Source: an uncultured virus (IMG/VR IMGVR_UViG_3300023054_000005) (taxonomy: Duplodnaviria; Heunggongvirae; Uroviricota; Caudoviricetes). Taken from it: 20,000 nt of DNA. Shown here piece by piece: positions 18,724 through 20,000 of this stretch (position 1 is the stretch's first letter; every line of letters starts with the position of its first letter). Under the pieces are notes generated by a model. That model had not been told where the DNA came from. It saw nothing but the letters and a program-made list of their open reading frames with translations, and ran no database searches. Location of the stretch: the IMG/VR virus record IMGVR_UViG_3300023054_000005; one strand, given 5' to 3'. The translations under genes and the position numbers were made by a program.

Positions 18724-18883
18724 AAAAAATAACTACCAACGAATTGTATAAGGTACGTTGCGACCTTGAATTAAGCAACAAAACTAATTAATAGATAAAA
18801 AATGAGTTTGATTAGTAGGTTGTTTAGTAAAAAGAAAGTAAAGAAAAAATGCTTTATATACGGTGTTGTTGAATCGTTTTATT
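18724..18883. repeat. attC-like element F
   Basis: AAC 18738; tgtataaggta / tgctttatata (paired with G.T wobbles); GTT 18865. Confidence 0.7.
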
Positions 18884-18969
18884 GTTATGACCACAAGAAC
18901 CCACATTATGAAAGCACTTGCCAAAGACAATGCGAGGCTTGTAATTTAATGGATGGAACTAAACAATAA
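18802..18969 (+). CDS. Micro-ORF, Cys-rich
   Basis: 55 aa MSLISRLF...CFIYGVVESFYC...CQRQCEAC.... Confidence 0.6.
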   Translation: MSLISRLFSKKKVKKKCFIYGVVESFYCYDHKNPHYESTCQRQCEACNLMDGTKQ

Positions 18970-19112
18970 TATGGTTTACAACGCATTGTATAAGAAATGT
19001 TGCGTTTAATTATAGTGAAATTAATAAATAAAATCATAAATTATGTTTAAAGAATTAGATTATAAAAATGGAGAAAGTAGCAATTTTTTTTATACGTTGT
19101 TATTTGAAGTGC
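18965..19112. repeat. attC-like element G
   Basis: AAC 18980; gtataagaaatgttgc / gcaattttttttatac (13/16); GTT 19099. Confidence 0.8.
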
Positions 19113-19282
19113 GTGATAAGTACAGACAATTATTTATAAGCATTGACGCTGAAGAAGCACAAAAGAGAGGTTTTAGATTTGTAACAAACATTTACGGCGA
19201 TAGAATAAACCAATTAAATTGCAGAAGCCTATGGATAGACCATAAAAACCGAACGTGGCGAGTAGAGCAATTAAACATTTAG
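19043..19282 (+). CDS. Hypothetical protein
   Basis: 79 aa; starts inside element G. Confidence 0.7.
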   Translation: MFKELDYKNGESSNFFYTLLFEVRDKYRQLFISIDAEEAQKRGFRFVTNIYGDRINQLNCRSLWIDHKNRTWRVEQLNI

Positions 19283-19426
19283 CATTGCATATAACGTATT
19301 TGTGTATGTAGCGTTGCGAGTAGATAAACAATAATTTTTAATAAGTAATAAACTAAATAAAATGGATAAAAGTAAAGACCTAGAAACAGAACAGCAATGT
19401 GATATACACGTTGTTAGCATTAGTAT
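19282..19426. repeat. attC-like element H
   Basis: AAC 19293; gtgtatgtagcgttgc / gcaatgtgatatacac (12/16 plus 3 G.T); GTT 19413. Confidence 0.85.
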
Positions 19427-19562
19427 GGCTGATAAAGCACAAATGATAAATGCATTAATTAACACAATGGATATATGTAAAAACAAACTTGGGGGTTATC
19501 ATAGCATTAGGGATGGCGCACGTGAAAAACTGGAAGGATTAATTAAATCAATTGATATTTAA
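19362..19562 (+). CDS. Hypothetical protein
   Basis: 66 aa; starts inside element H. Confidence 0.7.
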   Translation: MDKSKDLETEQQCDIHVVSISMADKAQMINALINTMDICKNKLGGYHSIRDGAREKLEGLIKSIDI

Positions 19563-19834
19563 TATTACTGCTAACGGTTTATGTATGGGTAGTTTTTGCC
19601 CGATTTAATTAAAATAAAATAAATTATGAAAGAGATAGAACAATTATTTGGAGGTGCAAATGCTGAAGAGCAAAACATATTACTGCACATAATAAAAGAG
19701 CGAGGTTATGAGTTTTTTGAGAAAACACCTAAAACAACTATGACTATTCGTTTGCTTGAAGATTTGCACGAACTTGGTTATAAGATAGTGAAGCAAGGGC
19801 AATAATTACCTATACACGTTGTTGTGGTGTCGTT
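19562..19834. repeat. attC-like element I (enlarged loop)
   Basis: AAC 19573; gtatgggtagtttttgccc / gggcaataattacctatac (16/19); GTT 19821. Confidence 0.8.
19626..19805 (+). CDS. Hypothetical protein lying within element I; not in ORF track
   Basis: 59 aa MKEIEQLFGGANAEEQ...LHELGYKIVKQGQ. Confidence 0.7.
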   Translation: MKEIEQLFGGANAEEQNILLHIIKERGYEFFEKTPKTTMTIRLLEDLHELGYKIVKQGQ

Positions 19835-19836
19835 TT

Positions 19837-19980
19837 AATGCACTACAACTTATGCGTATAAACATTGTTACGGATAAATAAACTAAAACTTAATTATGAG
19901 ACCAGTAGATTTTAAAGATGAATTTTATTCTAGAAACCCATTAAGCAGTAATAATGATTTATACGTTGTTGTTACAAGTG
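19837..19980. repeat. attC-like element J
   Basis: AAC 19847; cgtataaacattgttac / gtaataatgatttatacg (one G.T, one bulged A); GTT 19968. Confidence 0.8.
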
Positions 19981-20000
19981 ATTTTTTGCAAACAGACCAA
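19896..20000 (+). CDS. Micro-ORF, 3'-truncated by window
   Basis: MRPVDFKDEFYSRNPLSSNNDLYVVVTSDFLQTDQ... open to the window end. Confidence 0.55.
   Translation, partial: MRPVDFKDEFYSRNPLSSNNDLYVVVTSDFLQTDQ

Larger units (their letters stand above)
16741..20000. mobile_element. Array of attC-like inverted-repeat elements with micro-ORF cassettes (CALIN-like; continues past window end)
   Basis: Eight clear and two degenerate AAC...GTAT/ATAC...GTT elements interleaved with 39-99 aa ORFs; see findings. Confidence 0.7.

Noticed and set aside
17082..19486. Minus-strand ORFs 17082-17285 and 19271-19486 as the true cassette genes
   Set aside because: Only two such ORFs, one of which crosses an entire element. 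The + strand ORFs have consistent A-rich leaders and stops abutting the left arms.
16741..20000. CRISPR array
   Set aside because: Repeats are not identical direct repeats, spacing is 220-830 nt and the intervals encode ORFs. The Cas4-like gene is solitary, with no other cas genes.
16741..20000. Elements as simple terminators, REPs or MITEs
   Set aside because: Arms are about 60-90 nt apart with no T tract or target-site duplications, arm sequence differs per element, and outer flanks pair across ORFs.

Overview
AT-rich window with all credible genes on the + strand. It is most consistent with a large dsDNA phage, probably of a Bacteroidota host (inferred from TTG-N19-20-TATATT promoter-like motifs and A-rich leaders without Shine-Dalgarno sequences). 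1-8.4 kb is a replication/chaperone block: a stand-alone C-terminal half of a family B DNA polymerase, probable sliding clamp, GroES, GroEL, an Hc1-like protein, clamp loader large and small subunits, a DUF1599/Nmad1-like protein, a Cas4-like PD-(D/E)XK nuclease and an RHH protein. 8.4-13.4 kb is a cluster of four glycosyltransferases plus an internally deleted methyltransferase relic. 13.4-16.7 kb holds small regulatory or hypothetical genes (TraR/DksA-like finger, HNH-like, SWIM finger, cyclic-phosphate receiver-like). From about 16.7 kb to the window end is the main finding: tiny ORFs separated by eight clear and two degenerate imperfect inverted-repeat elements (AAC-spacer-GTAT...ATAC-spacer-GTT, mostly 114-130 nt) that resemble integron attC sites. 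Unusually, the start codons lie inside the element loop and the ORFs read through the right arm. Outer arms pair across each ORF, and mismatches are mostly G.T on the + strand. This suggests an inverted, self-contained gene-cassette array carried by a phage. No integrase is present in the window. All family calls come from motif recognition by eye; no searches were run.
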